A stretch of 64,000 nt of DNA, taken from the IMG/VR virus record IMGVR_UViG_3300045988_182866; one strand, written 5' to 3'. Shown one piece after another: positions 9,537-18,504 of this stretch. This DNA comes from a virus. How positions within the stretch are numbered: position 1 is the first letter of the stretch; each line of letters begins with the position of its first letter. The notes below the pieces were generated by a model. It saw only the letters and a list, made by a program, of their open reading frames with translations. It made no database searches and was not told the DNA's origin. The translations under genes and the position numbers were made by a program.

Positions 9537-11718
9537 ATTTAATTTTAATAAGATAGGTTAAAGATATGTTATAAGGTCTAGTTTCTTTGGGGGCAATAGG
9601 TCCTATTAGGTTACTTAGGTTTAATTCATATTGAACATTAGCAAAAGCCCAATGGTAATCTCTATGTTGTGATAAAAAGTTCGCTTCACTTAGATAAGTT
9701 TGAGAAAAAGCACCAGTTCCACCGACATATAATGGATAACGCTGTCCCCAATTTTGAGAACGAACACAAGTTTTAAAAGTACTTTTGGTTCCTCCTTCTC
9801 CTGAAAGGGAACTTAAGACATATGGATTAGTTTGAGGATCTTCTATATCAAGAGGAGTATGAGCAGGAATAGTATATGTACCTTCACTTGTAATAGTAGA
9901 AGATGTAGTGGAAGCACCTCGAATAAATCTATTTCTTAAGTCTGGCAAATTAAATTGTCCGCCTCCCCCAATTACTGTTAAATGTGAAGTAACTGGATGA
10001 GCCGTAGTATTAAAAGTAATTATAGCTAATCCTTGGCTTAATCGTAAAAATGGAATTCGCCATGGATTAGAATCAGACTCTAACCACCACTTAGACGGTA
10101 CATGGATGTTATAATATCCATCATTTTGAATAGTATAAGTATTTTGCTCATTAATGGTAGCTAACAGTGTACTATTTGTATAGATAGTAACAGGCAATGG
10201 TGTTCTTATGCCGTTCAATACAATACCAAGGCCTTGAGCAGTAATTACTGTTCCCTTCTTCAAATATAAAGACGGTTCATAATCATAAGCAGATTCGCCG
10301 CTTCTATTAATATTAAAGGGGGCAATATTTGTTGTTAATATTCCTTCAAGAACCAATGGTATATCGTTATAAGGCAAACTAGTTCCATCCAATACAAGGT
10401 AAAAATGCCTTTTAACACCTTCATTATCTGGATTCCAAGATTGCCAAACATCTAAATTAATTGATGTAATAGTATTAAAATTAAAAGTATATTGACCGCT
10501 TACAAATTGAGCTGTGTTAGTAACTTCTTCCGGACAATATAAAATATAATTAACATAGCCTTCAGAAAGTTCTACATATGTCCTAGCATTAGAACTATAT
10601 TTGGCATCTATAGTACATTCCATTTCAGGAACTGTTACATTTATTTTTGGTAATTGCTGAAATGTATTATTACCAGTAGCGGGAATCCATAAACAATAAA
10701 TTCCATCCTCGGGAATAATATAAGATCTGTTATCAACAGTAGAAATTAAAGGGCTACCGTCAACTCCAAAAGTTGATAAATTTAATTTTTCTTTATTATA
10801 GATATAAGCTTCGGATGCCCCGGCATTTCCAGCTAAAGTATATCGGGCTCCCTGAATTTGAACAACTGTGTTAGCGGGCAAATAGGCATATTCTGCGTGG
10901 GCAGCCTGATTTGGACTTTGCTCATAATTAATAGTTCTACCAGTTTGCCGCCAACTAATTTTTACAGATGGATTTTCAAATGTATCAGTAGTATTAAATT
11001 CAATATTACTAAATTGGAGTTCATTTTTAACTAGTTCAAAATCTAAATCTCCTTGAGCCTGTAAAGAATTTATTTCTAATTTGGTCAAAGTAGTAATATT
11101 ATTTTCATGAAATAAAGATGCTGCAATAATAGGAAGGCTTAGCCTTAATCTTTTATAAGATAATCTACTTGTACCGACTACCATTCGGTACAAATCAGGG
11201 AAATTATCAAAATTATATTCTTGCCCAGTTAATGAATGCCGATTTTGGCCATCGGCAAAATCATAATAATCCCTGAATCGCTGAGGAAGCAAATTAAGAT
11301 CTTTTTGGGCAATTGCAACCGGAATAACAGTGCCCACTGGAACAGTTTGCTCCATAATTTGATTATCGGTAACAAACTGTTTAATAATTTCAATTAAATC
11401 CTGATGCTCATAATTTCCGGCATTATCGCCGATGAGAATATTATTTTTAGCAGGAGCAACAGTAGGAACATTAGTTTGAGTGCCAAATGTAATCTTATCT
11501 CTTAATTGAGTTTGGCTGACAATTTCTTTTTGAACTTCAATATGTTCAGTACCAATAGACAATGCAGAATTATTACCCATTGAATCAGCAACAGGAACGG
11601 GTGTTAATCCAATACCAGTATCTGAACCGTCATCGGCCGGAGAAACACGTAAAATTCCTCGGAAAGATTTTGAAATTGGCTTTTTTGCTACGTCTCTATT
11701 GTTTTGTTCTGTTGCCAT
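9535..11718 (-). CDS. Tail-fibre protein carrying a T4 gp12-like (short tail fibre) C-terminal receptor-binding tip (727 aa).
   Basis: The C-terminus KETRPYNISLTYLIKIK matches the T4 gp12 C-terminus ETRPWNISLNYIIKVKE. A His-containing motif lies upstream of it. The ORF is long and rich in G, S, T and N. Confidence 0.75.
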   Translation of the reverse strand: MATEQNNRDVAKKPISKSFRGILRVSPADDGSDTGIGLTPVPVADSMGNNSALSIGTEHIEVQKEIVSQTQLRDKITFGTQTNVPTVAPAKNNILIGDNAGNYEHQDLIEIIKQFVTDNQIMEQTVPVGTVIPVAIAQKDLNLLPQRFRDYYDFADGQNRHSLTGQEYNFDNFPDLYRMVVGTSRLSYKRLRLSLPIIAASLFHENNITTLTKLEINSLQAQGDLDFELVKNELQFSNIEFNTTDTFENPSVKISWRQTGRTINYEQSPNQAAHAEYAYLPANTVVQIQGARYTLAGNAGASEAYIYNKEKLNLSTFGVDGSPLISTVDNRSYIIPEDGIYCLWIPATGNNTFQQLPKINVTVPEMECTIDAKYSSNARTYVELSEGYVNYILYCPEEVTNTAQFVSGQYTFNFNTITSINLDVWQSWNPDNEGVKRHFYLVLDGTSLPYNDIPLVLEGILTTNIAPFNINRSGESAYDYEPSLYLKKGTVITAQGLGIVLNGIRTPLPVTIYTNSTLLATINEQNTYTIQNDGYYNIHVPSKWWLESDSNPWRIPFLRLSQGLAIITFNTTAHPVTSHLTVIGGGGQFNLPDLRNRFIRGASTTSSTITSEGTYTIPAHTPLDIEDPQTNPYVLSSLSGEGGTKSTFKTCVRSQNWGQRYPLYVGGTGAFSQTYLSEANFLSQHRDYHWAFANVQYELNLSNLIGPIAPKETRPYNISLTYLIKIK
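9820..9888 (-). repeat. Right inverted repeat (IR-R) located inside the fibre gene, about 105 codons before its stop.
   Basis: It is the reverse-complement match of 9177-9245. It encodes SEGTYTIPAHTPLDIEDPQTNPY within the 9535..11718 gene. Confidence 0.8.
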
Positions 11719-11811
11719 GTTATAAAGCTTTCTTGTTTGAATATTTATTGAGATCCTCTACTGATTTAAATTTAAAATTAAATTCTAAATTAATCTTTAA
11801 AAATTAATATT

Positions 11812-11853
11812 AGAATAAAAGAAAAGACTCTGGAAATTTATCCAGAGTCTTTT
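11812..11853 (-). terminator. Rho-independent terminator downstream of the minus-strand gene 11864..12211.
   Basis: The stem AGACTCTGGA/TCCAGAGTCT (10 bp) has a 6-nt loop. On the minus strand it is followed by a T-rich tract. Confidence 0.55.
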
Positions 11854-11863
11854 AAAAATCATT

Positions 11864-12211
11864 TTAGAAATTATTTTCAAGAATTAAATCTTGTAATCCT
11901 GCAAAATATCTCTCATCAATATATTTTTTAATAGCTTTATGCGGTTTAGCTTTCTTAACGATATTATCAACTGTAAATTCCATATCTCGTTCATAATATT
12001 CGTCGCAAATTAAATTAATCGCTTCAATTAATAAAGCCCATCTTGTCAATAAAGGAAGAGTCATCTGAGTTCCGTCGTTAAATGTTACAACTTGTTTCTC
12101 TCTGGCCTCTAATTCTGCACCGGTCAATTTCTTATTTTTCATCTGAGTTAAACTTTTTAGTTGTTTTATATTTCTCAGATAATAAATCATACATATTATG
12201 TTCATCAACAA
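11864..12211 (-). CDS. Hypothetical protein. The true start is probably the internal Met near 12142, since the annotated 5' end overlaps the upstream gene by 80 bp.
   Basis: ORF track. The overlap with 12132..12569 disappears if the internal ATG (MKNKKLTG...) is used. Confidence 0.4.
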   Translation of the reverse strand: MLMNIICMIYYLRNIKQLKSLTQMKNKKLTGAELEAREKQVVTFNDGTQMTLPLLTRWALLIEAINLICDEYYERDMEFTVDNIVKKAKPHKAIKKYIDERYFAGLQDLILENNF

Positions 12212-12569
12212 TTTTTCCCTTTAATACTGGGAACATGTTGATATTAACGCGATATTCATTTTTACATTCAGGGCAAACAAATGTATTTTCTTCCTTGGAT
12301 AAATCAATAGGAACCGCGATTGTATTATGATTACAAGGACAATCAAAAACTACAGTATTCAGAGCTTGAATTTCTTCAACTCGCTGAGCTAGCTCTTCAT
12401 CAAGTTCTTTATATTTCTGTACAAACTCATTAATAGACTCCTCTTCTTCCTGCTCGAATTCTTCTCGTTCTTTATTGAGAAGGTTTACTTTCCGCTTGAT
12501 AAAGAAATAATAAACGGCAATATCCGCAATGAAAAGAAAAACGATTAATGATATGAATAATTCAGTCAT
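12132..12569 (-). CDS. Membrane-anchored protein with a coiled-coil segment and a C-terminal CPC...CPEC zinc ribbon (145 aa).
   Basis: An N-terminal hydrophobic helix (LISLIVFLFIADIAVYYFFI) is followed by an acidic coiled-coil stretch and then CPCNH...CPEC. Confidence 0.5.
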   Translation of the reverse strand: MTELFISLIVFLFIADIAVYYFFIKRKVNLLNKEREEFEQEEEESINEFVQKYKELDEELAQRVEEIQALNTVVFDCPCNHNTIAVPIDLSKEENTFVCPECKNEYRVNINMFPVLKGKIVDEHNMYDLLSEKYKTTKKFNSDEK

Positions 12570-12583
12570 AATTTATTATCTGA

Positions 12584-12952
12584 TTATTTTCCTAACTCAT
12601 CAATCATCGGAATAATTTTTCCAACAATTACCGAGTTAAGCTTATCCACTATTTTTATCATTTTCCTTAATTCGTCCAGGTGCATTTTATCCAGCCCAGG
12701 TAAAGCTAAAGTTTCATTTAACTTATTGCGAATATTGGACATATTAGTAAACAAACCAATAAAATCTCCAGATAAACTATCTAAATTGCCGATTAATTGC
12801 TTATGCTGATTGTTTAAAGCTTCCAATTCTCCCCTGATTCCTAAAAATTCTTGCATTCTTCTAGGGGAATTATCAAATTCAAACCCAGGATTAACAGATA
12901 ATTTAAAAGGGGAAGGAGCTTTTCCTACGGAATATTGATTTCCCTGTGACAT
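12584..12952 (-). CDS. Hypothetical protein (122 aa).
   Basis: ORF of plausible composition, co-oriented with its neighbours. Confidence 0.45.
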   Translation of the reverse strand: MSQGNQYSVGKAPSPFKLSVNPGFEFDNSPRRMQEFLGIRGELEALNNQHKQLIGNLDSLSGDFIGLFTNMSNIRNKLNETLALPGLDKMHLDELRKMIKIVDKLNSVIVGKIIPMIDELGK

Positions 12953-12991
12953 GCTGTGGAATATTTAAAGTACACTTAAATAAAGTTACGC

Positions 12992-13459
12992 ATGAAAAAT
13001 CTTTATAAAGATACGTTTAGGACTTTATTGGAAGCTGAATTGAATATTGACTTAGCTAAGGATATAGAAAATAATCTTGATAAAACTCCGGGTGAAGATA
13101 GTGTAGAAAATTCTGAAACCGATGCTTTAGCTTCTACTCTTGATTCTGATGTAACCCCTGCTGATTATCTTTCTGATCCTGCTACGGACAAGGCTCTTCA
13201 ACAGCAGATTGAACAGCGAAATAAGGAAATTGCTTCTGTGATTGAAGGATGGGCTCGTAAAATTGATGATTTTGTCGAATTCCTTAATGGAGCTGGACCT
13301 GATTCTCTCCAAACGATTCTGTCTAAAGCACAACCTGGTACCCTTTTTGCTAAAGTTCAGAGCAATGTCACGCGCAAACTGGCGAACAATGCGGCCGAAT
13401 TAGCTGCGACAGCTGAAACACTTCGTTCTTTTGTTGGTCAGAAAGCTATTACCCGTTAA
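12992..13459 (+). CDS. Hypothetical protein (155 aa).
   Basis: ORF track. Local GC is higher than the flanks and the composition is coding-like. Confidence 0.45.
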   Translation: MKNLYKDTFRTLLEAELNIDLAKDIENNLDKTPGEDSVENSETDALASTLDSDVTPADYLSDPATDKALQQQIEQRNKEIASVIEGWARKIDDFVEFLNGAGPDSLQTILSKAQPGTLFAKVQSNVTRKLANNAAELAATAETLRSFVGQKAITR

Positions 13460-13465
13460 TTTATT

Positions 13466-13858
13466 ATGAAATTGCTTAATGAAGATTATTTGGACAATGT
13501 TCCAGATATGTCTGGTCCTTCTCCTTTCAAATCTGATGGAACAAGAAAAGATGACTGGTTCTTGATTCGTATTCCCGCAGAAAAAGTAGGCCAAAAAGAT
13601 CGCTGGTTGAGAAAGACTATTGATTTCTGGGAAACACCAAGGCAACATTATAAATCTTCTTATAATTACTATGCAATTCAGCTGGAAGATGGAGAAGTAA
13701 CTTATGTCAAGGCTCCGGCTGCAATGGATAAGCATAAATTATTGGAAAAGATTGAAATGTTTCTCAAAGATGAATTCGGATATGATGGAATGTGGGAAAT
13801 TAAAGGTTTTATTAATAAGAAAGTAGCACAAGATAAATCAGAATGGAGGCCAGCTTAA
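13466..13858 (+). CDS. Hypothetical protein (130 aa).
   Basis: ORF track. Confidence 0.45.
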   Translation: MKLLNEDYLDNVPDMSGPSPFKSDGTRKDDWFLIRIPAEKVGQKDRWLRKTIDFWETPRQHYKSSYNYYAIQLEDGEVTYVKAPAAMDKHKLLEKIEMFLKDEFGYDGMWEIKGFINKKVAQDKSEWRPA

Positions 13859-14079
13859 TGCAAACACCAATTAAAGTTTCAAATATTAAATCAAGTGATC
13901 TTTTGACTGAATCTTTATATGATATTAAAGATCAAGAATTTACTTTAGTAGAAAATAAAGATAATCCAATGTCTTTAGCCGTTAAAAAAGATTTAATCAA
14001 AATTGTTTTGGAAGATATTCTAAAAATGCCGATTAAATCTTTCAGTGTAAAGAAAATGAAAAAAGCTGAGTCAAACTAA
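13843..14079 (+). CDS. Hypothetical small protein (78 aa).
   Basis: ORF track. Its stop lies inside a strong terminator hairpin. Confidence 0.4.
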   Translation: MEASLMQTPIKVSNIKSSDLLTESLYDIKDQEFTLVENKDNPMSLAVKKDLIKIVLEDILKMPIKSFSVKKMKKAESN

Positions 14080-14094
14080 TGACTCAGCTTTTTA
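14060..14094 (+). terminator. Rho-independent terminator.
   Basis: A 10-bp perfect stem AGCTGAGTCA/TGACTCAGCT with a 6-nt loop is followed by TTTTT. Confidence 0.7.
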
Positions 14095-14367
14095 ATTTCA
14101 AATTTTAACTAGGTTTGACTTTAAATTATATCTATGGTGAAACTACAAAAGCCAAGATAATAAAGTTAAAGTCAAACTTAGCCGATAATTCATCCTCAGA
14201 AAAAGATCTTAAGAAGGAATTAAAGAAACGAAAGTTAATTTAGTTCCATAAAGGATAACGACCATGAAATCCAAATTAATAATTTAAATTACTTTCACTT
14301 TTTATTTACCAAATTTCCTGAAAATGAAGAGGTGATCTATTGTATGATTAACCAAGTATATAGTTTA

Positions 14368-15447
14368 TCATTTTATCTGGGCCAGTTTTATTAAACCAGA
14401 GATACCAGATACGGTATTTTCCAATATAAAAGATTCTGAAATTTCTTTTAACTTTTTTGCAATAGCAATATCATTAAAATCTTTATATTTTTCTCCATAT
14501 TCTTTTGGCCAAAGGAAAACTTGTTCATTTTCTTCTAATAAAATTCGACTTTTTTCCCGAGCTGCCTCATCTTGATATTGAGAATCAAGTACCCAAATTC
14601 GATTTAATAATAAAATCTTATCTAATTGCTCTTCTTGAATACCTGAAAAAAGTGTGCGAGAAGTAGTAATACCTCCTATAGCTAAACCATTCTTAACAAA
14701 ACATGAATCAAATGGCCCCTCAAAAATATAATAATTTTCTTTATTATAATCAAGGTTTCCCAGATTAAAAACAGATTTAACTCCGTTTAATTTGGACAAA
14801 TATCTTATATTAGAAGTTCCTGTTACATCTCGAGATTGATAATATGCTATCTTTTGCTTTTCATCATAATATGGAATAATCAATCTCCCGTAATGAATCT
14901 TATCCTTTAATGAAGTAAACCAAGATTTTGGCCGATTAATTGCTTTATAAAGATTCCGATTAATCAAATAATGTAAACAAGTCTTAACAACTAAATTATT
15001 TCGATAATAACCTATTTGTTGAGGATCACAAAGATCAATAGGATCTTTAGGCAATGAATCATCCTCCGGAACTATCTCTTCAATAATATCTTTAACTTTA
15101 TTTTCAAAATATCCGCCGCCTAAATCAAGATAATCGTAATCATTACTTCTTATTTCATCAAAAATCTCATAAGAAGTCATTCCCGATACTTCTTTAATCC
15201 ATTTTAATGGGCGAGATGACCAGCCGCATCGATGACAATAAATTAAATTCTTATCCGGAAGATAAAAACAACGTTTTACTTTACCTATTCCAGTATCGCC
15301 TTCTCTACAAATTGGGCAGGAACAAGAATAATTATTATTCCCTTGATTATATTGGGCAAAATATCCTAAATCAAAAAACTTCTTAATAACATACTCTTGC
15401 GGGAGTTCATTATTCTGTTTCGAAGTCGAAGAGGGAGGAAATAACAT
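14368..15447 (-). CDS. DNA primase, T4 gp61-like (zinc ribbon plus Toprim domain).
   Basis: The N-terminal zinc ribbon reads CSCPIC...CHRCGW. The Toprim signature is EGPFDSCF. Its position next to RNase H and the helicase matches the T4 arrangement. Confidence 0.8.
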   Translation of the reverse strand: MLFPPSSTSKQNNELPQEYVIKKFFDLGYFAQYNQGNNNYSCSCPICREGDTGIGKVKRCFYLPDKNLIYCHRCGWSSRPLKWIKEVSGMTSYEIFDEIRSNDYDYLDLGGGYFENKVKDIIEEIVPEDDSLPKDPIDLCDPQQIGYYRNNLVVKTCLHYLINRNLYKAINRPKSWFTSLKDKIHYGRLIIPYYDEKQKIAYYQSRDVTGTSNIRYLSKLNGVKSVFNLGNLDYNKENYYIFEGPFDSCFVKNGLAIGGITTSRTLFSGIQEEQLDKILLLNRIWVLDSQYQDEAAREKSRILLEENEQVFLWPKEYGEKYKDFNDIAIAKKLKEISESFILENTVSGISGLIKLAQIK

Positions 15448-16351
15448 CTGTAATGTCTAATCGATTAGCTAAAGTAGAGTACCAATAGTCAATTTTTCTG
15501 TAAATATTCCAGAATTCAAGTTCTTTTATAAGAAGAGTAAAATTTTCCTTATTTGCCTCAGGTGTTTCACTAATACATTTTTCATAATGCTCTTCCTCTT
15601 CAGTAGAAATAAGATTATAATCAAATTTCATCATCTTTAAATTATGTTTAAAAATTTCTAATTCTTCTTCCTTTAATAGGGAAGAATCCTTAAGAGAATC
15701 TATATCATAATCAATCTTAAGAAGAGAAATAATATCTTGAATCCTGGTTGACCTAATTCCCTTAACACCGCTAATATTATCTGCTCGGTCACCCCTGAGA
15801 GCTTTGAAAATTATGTATTCAAAACCATTATTAACATTATAATAATCTTTAAGATATAATTCAGTTATAGACTGTTTCTTTTTAGGATTATAAATGATAT
15901 TTCCTGGAAAATCTGAGCCAATTAACTGATAAAAATCAGTATCAGTTGAAACTACAATACTTTGGTTGGGATATTTTTTCATCGCTAACCAAAAAATAAT
16001 ATCATCCGCTTCTAAATTAATAGGATTGATTTGAATAATGCCCAAAGAATTCAACAATTCCATAATTACTGGCATATATTCATATACTTCTTTATTCTTA
16101 ATTTCATCCCGCTGAGCTTTGTACTCAGAATCTAGCATTTTTCTAAAATTATAGCAGTCTTCTTTTCTATAATCCCATACACAAATAACTTTTTTAGGAG
16201 AAAATAATTCAACTAAAGATTTAAGAGAATTAAGAAATAGATAAATGTGAGAAGTTGGTGTAGATTTTTCTAATACTTTTGAAACATGGAAAACTCTATG
16301 CAACAAATTATTAGCATCAATTATTAAGTTCTTCTGTGTAGAATTTCTCAT
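15410..16351 (-). CDS. rnh: RNase H / 5'-3' flap exonuclease (T4 rnh-like, FEN family).
   Basis: The EADDIIFW motif and the acidic clusters typical of FEN/5'-3' exonucleases are present. Size is 313 aa. Confidence 0.8.
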   Translation of the reverse strand: MRNSTQKNLIIDANNLLHRVFHVSKVLEKSTPTSHIYLFLNSLKSLVELFSPKKVICVWDYRKEDCYNFRKMLDSEYKAQRDEIKNKEVYEYMPVIMELLNSLGIIQINPINLEADDIIFWLAMKKYPNQSIVVSTDTDFYQLIGSDFPGNIIYNPKKKQSITELYLKDYYNVNNGFEYIIFKALRGDRADNISGVKGIRSTRIQDIISLLKIDYDIDSLKDSSLLKEEELEIFKHNLKMMKFDYNLISTEEEEHYEKCISETPEANKENFTLLIKELEFWNIYRKIDYWYSTLANRLDITDVISSLFDFETE

Positions 16352-16394
16352 AAAATTTATTATACATTATCCTCAATAATCGACGGTGAAATTA

Positions 16395-16718
16395 TTATTT
16401 TCTATTAGCAAATAAATCGTTTATAAAGTTCTTTTTATTTTTTTCTGTTTCTAAAAATTGTAATTTAATAACCTCAAATACTTCGTCTGGCAATTTCTCG
16501 ACAAAAGTAATATAAGGCTCTACTACAAAATCTGTAGCTTTATCAAGAATAGTCTCTTCCTTTGCTTTTTCTAAATCTTTCTTATCCAAAATAAGAATTT
16601 TAAAAGAACCGGGAATTACAAGAAATTCATTGTATCTGCCATTTTTTCTGACAAATACAATGAATTTCCCAGTATATTTTCCTCGATTTATTGCGTAACA
16701 ATTACCTGGAAGTTCCAT
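16395..16718 (-). CDS. Hypothetical protein (107 aa).
   Basis: ORF track, lying inside the replication gene cluster. Confidence 0.4.
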   Translation of the reverse strand: MELPGNCYAINRGKYTGKFIVFVRKNGRYNEFLVIPGSFKILILDKKDLEKAKEETILDKATDFVVEPYITFVEKLPDEVFEVIKLQFLETEKNKKNFINDLFANRK

Positions 16719-17058
16719 AAAGCTTATCTAATTTTTCTTGAAAGAACGGATTGTCTTTATTATAAGAGGCAATTCCTTTTTCGATTAATTGATATAATAT
16801 CACTTCAACAGATTTAGTCTTTAAAAAGAAATTCTTTGGCCAATTTTGCCCTCCATCATTAAATTCAAAAGAAACATCTCCTACATCTGGGTAATTCTCA
16901 TAACAAGTAACAAAAATTGAGGCTCCGGCAGGATCAATCATTATTGTCCATCGTCTGGGATCACTATCACTGAACTTATTAAAAAGCCTAATAGCAATAA
17001 AGCCGCTTTGCCTTAATCTTTTTAAGAGATAACCAGGAGTATCAATTTTATTTGCCAT
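16702..17058 (-). CDS. Hypothetical protein (118 aa).
   Basis: ORF track. Confidence 0.4.
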   Translation of the reverse strand: MANKIDTPGYLLKRLRQSGFIAIRLFNKFSDSDPRRWTIMIDPAGASIFVTCYENYPDVGDVSFEFNDGGQNWPKNFFLKTKSVEVILYQLIEKGIASYNKDNPFFQEKLDKLYGTSR

Positions 17059-17829
17059 TTAATTCTTTAAAGATTGAATAAGATAATTATGTTCCAGATT
17101 TTCAGACAATTGACGAATAAAAAGAATATTATAAGTTAATGACTTTCTCTTAACAACAGATACATCAAAAATTACTTCATCATTAAAATAATCAAGCAAT
17201 GTCCATACATCAAATTTAATTGGAATTCTTCCAATAAGTTGCCCAGTATAATCTGTTCCTAAAGATACCCTAAAAGAATCTGTTGTATCAGATTGATAAT
17301 CTGTTAATTCTCCATAAAGTACCCCGTCTTCAACATAGAAATAAACCTTTGTATTCCCGGAATTATCTCGAATAAAGGAAAATCCTTTTTCCAATTGAAT
17401 AAGTTTATCCCTGTTAAGCTTAATAGAAAAAGAAATAGGAAATGCCCTAAATTTATCTGGTGTTACCTGGGGAGGAAGAGGAATAATACTCTTTTCAGCC
17501 AAATAAAACTTTAATCTAATATAATCATTTTTATATTTGATTAAATTATCATTAATTTCAAGAATAATAGTTTCTTCGATTGCAAAATCGCAAATCTTAA
17601 GAAGCTTAGAAATATCATTAATAGGTAATTCTAGATCAACATTATTATCTCCTTCATCAGGTAAAATAAAGGAGGATAACATAATAATGTTACCCCCCTC
17701 GGAAGTTGTTAAAACCTCCATTTTTTTATCTTTAAGCTTGATAATAATGGACTCAGTAATCTTTGAAATACTTTTAAGAAATAATTTAAATTCTTTTGTC
17801 GGAATATGAAGCTTAATCTTGTTTGCCAT
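17059..17829 (-). CDS. Putative sliding clamp (gp45/PCNA-like); tentative call.
   Basis: At 256 aa it is the right size. The N-terminal pattern MANKIKLHIPTKEFKLFLKSISKITESIIIKL resembles clamp N-termini, and it sits inside the replisome cluster. No search was run. Confidence 0.35.
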   Translation of the reverse strand: MANKIKLHIPTKEFKLFLKSISKITESIIIKLKDKKMEVLTTSEGGNIIMLSSFILPDEGDNNVDLELPINDISKLLKICDFAIEETIILEINDNLIKYKNDYIRLKFYLAEKSIIPLPPQVTPDKFRAFPISFSIKLNRDKLIQLEKGFSFIRDNSGNTKVYFYVEDGVLYGELTDYQSDTTDSFRVSLGTDYTGQLIGRIPIKFDVWTLLDYFNDEVIFDVSVVKRKSLTYNILFIRQLSENLEHNYLIQSLKN

Positions 17830-18502
17830 CTGTTTCTATTTCGTCTAAAGGGTCAAGCTCTTTAAGCTCCTCCCCCGTTTCAAATGTTTCTTCTAATGAA
17901 CTATCATAATTTGTCCGGGCTGTCCCTGAAGACAAAATATCAATAAGTTTTAATAAATTATTATTGATTTCTGTAAAATGATAGGTGAAAAAGAATTTTG
18001 CATCCTCATCTAATGAAGTTAGATTGGAATTATTAATATACTCATTAGAATCCCAATTTTGGCCTTGATAAAATTCAGGCTGAGGCTGAGGTTGTTGTAC
18101 TGGGGGCTGCCAATTGTTTTGAACCGGGGGCGGCTGAGAAACAGGCTGCTGTTGCCATTGATTCTGCTGAAATTGATGCTGTTGAGCTCTTTGAGGATTA
18201 AATCCAGCCATTTGTTTAAATTGAGCCATTGCAGCATCTTTTTCAGCCTGAACCTGCTGTTCAGCTAATTGGCGGTTAATTTCAATTGCTTGTTGAGCTA
18301 ATTTCTGCCTTTCCTGAATCAAATATCTGTCCTCTTCAGTTAAACCTGCTCTTGGATCAAACTTAATTGCCCCAAGATTCTTAACAAGTCCTGCCGTAAA
18401 TTGAGCAAGAAGAGGATTGGGTCGCCCGTCAGGAAGACGGGCGAATTGATTAACGACATAAGAAGGAACAGACTGACTTTGTTGTTGCTGATTATAATTC
18501 AT
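17813..18502 (-). CDS. Gln/Pro-rich low-complexity protein (229 aa).
   Basis: Long QQ.. and PPVQ tracts, coiled-coil-like middle, acidic C-terminus. Confidence 0.5.
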   Translation of the reverse strand: MNYNQQQQSQSVPSYVVNQFARLPDGRPNPLLAQFTAGLVKNLGAIKFDPRAGLTEEDRYLIQERQKLAQQAIEINRQLAEQQVQAEKDAAMAQFKQMAGFNPQRAQQHQFQQNQWQQQPVSQPPPVQNNWQPPVQQPQPQPEFYQGQNWDSNEYINNSNLTSLDEDAKFFFTYHFTEINNNLLKLIDILSSGTARTNYDSSLEETFETGEELKELDPLDEIETDGKQD

Positions 18503-18504
18503 CT

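Noticed and set aside
9177-9888. The inverted repeats might be template and variable repeats of a diversity-generating retroelement (DGR).
   Set aside because: The mismatches are not adenine-specific; they are C/T and G/A third-position changes. Both copies are in frame and coding. No reverse transcriptase gene is nearby.
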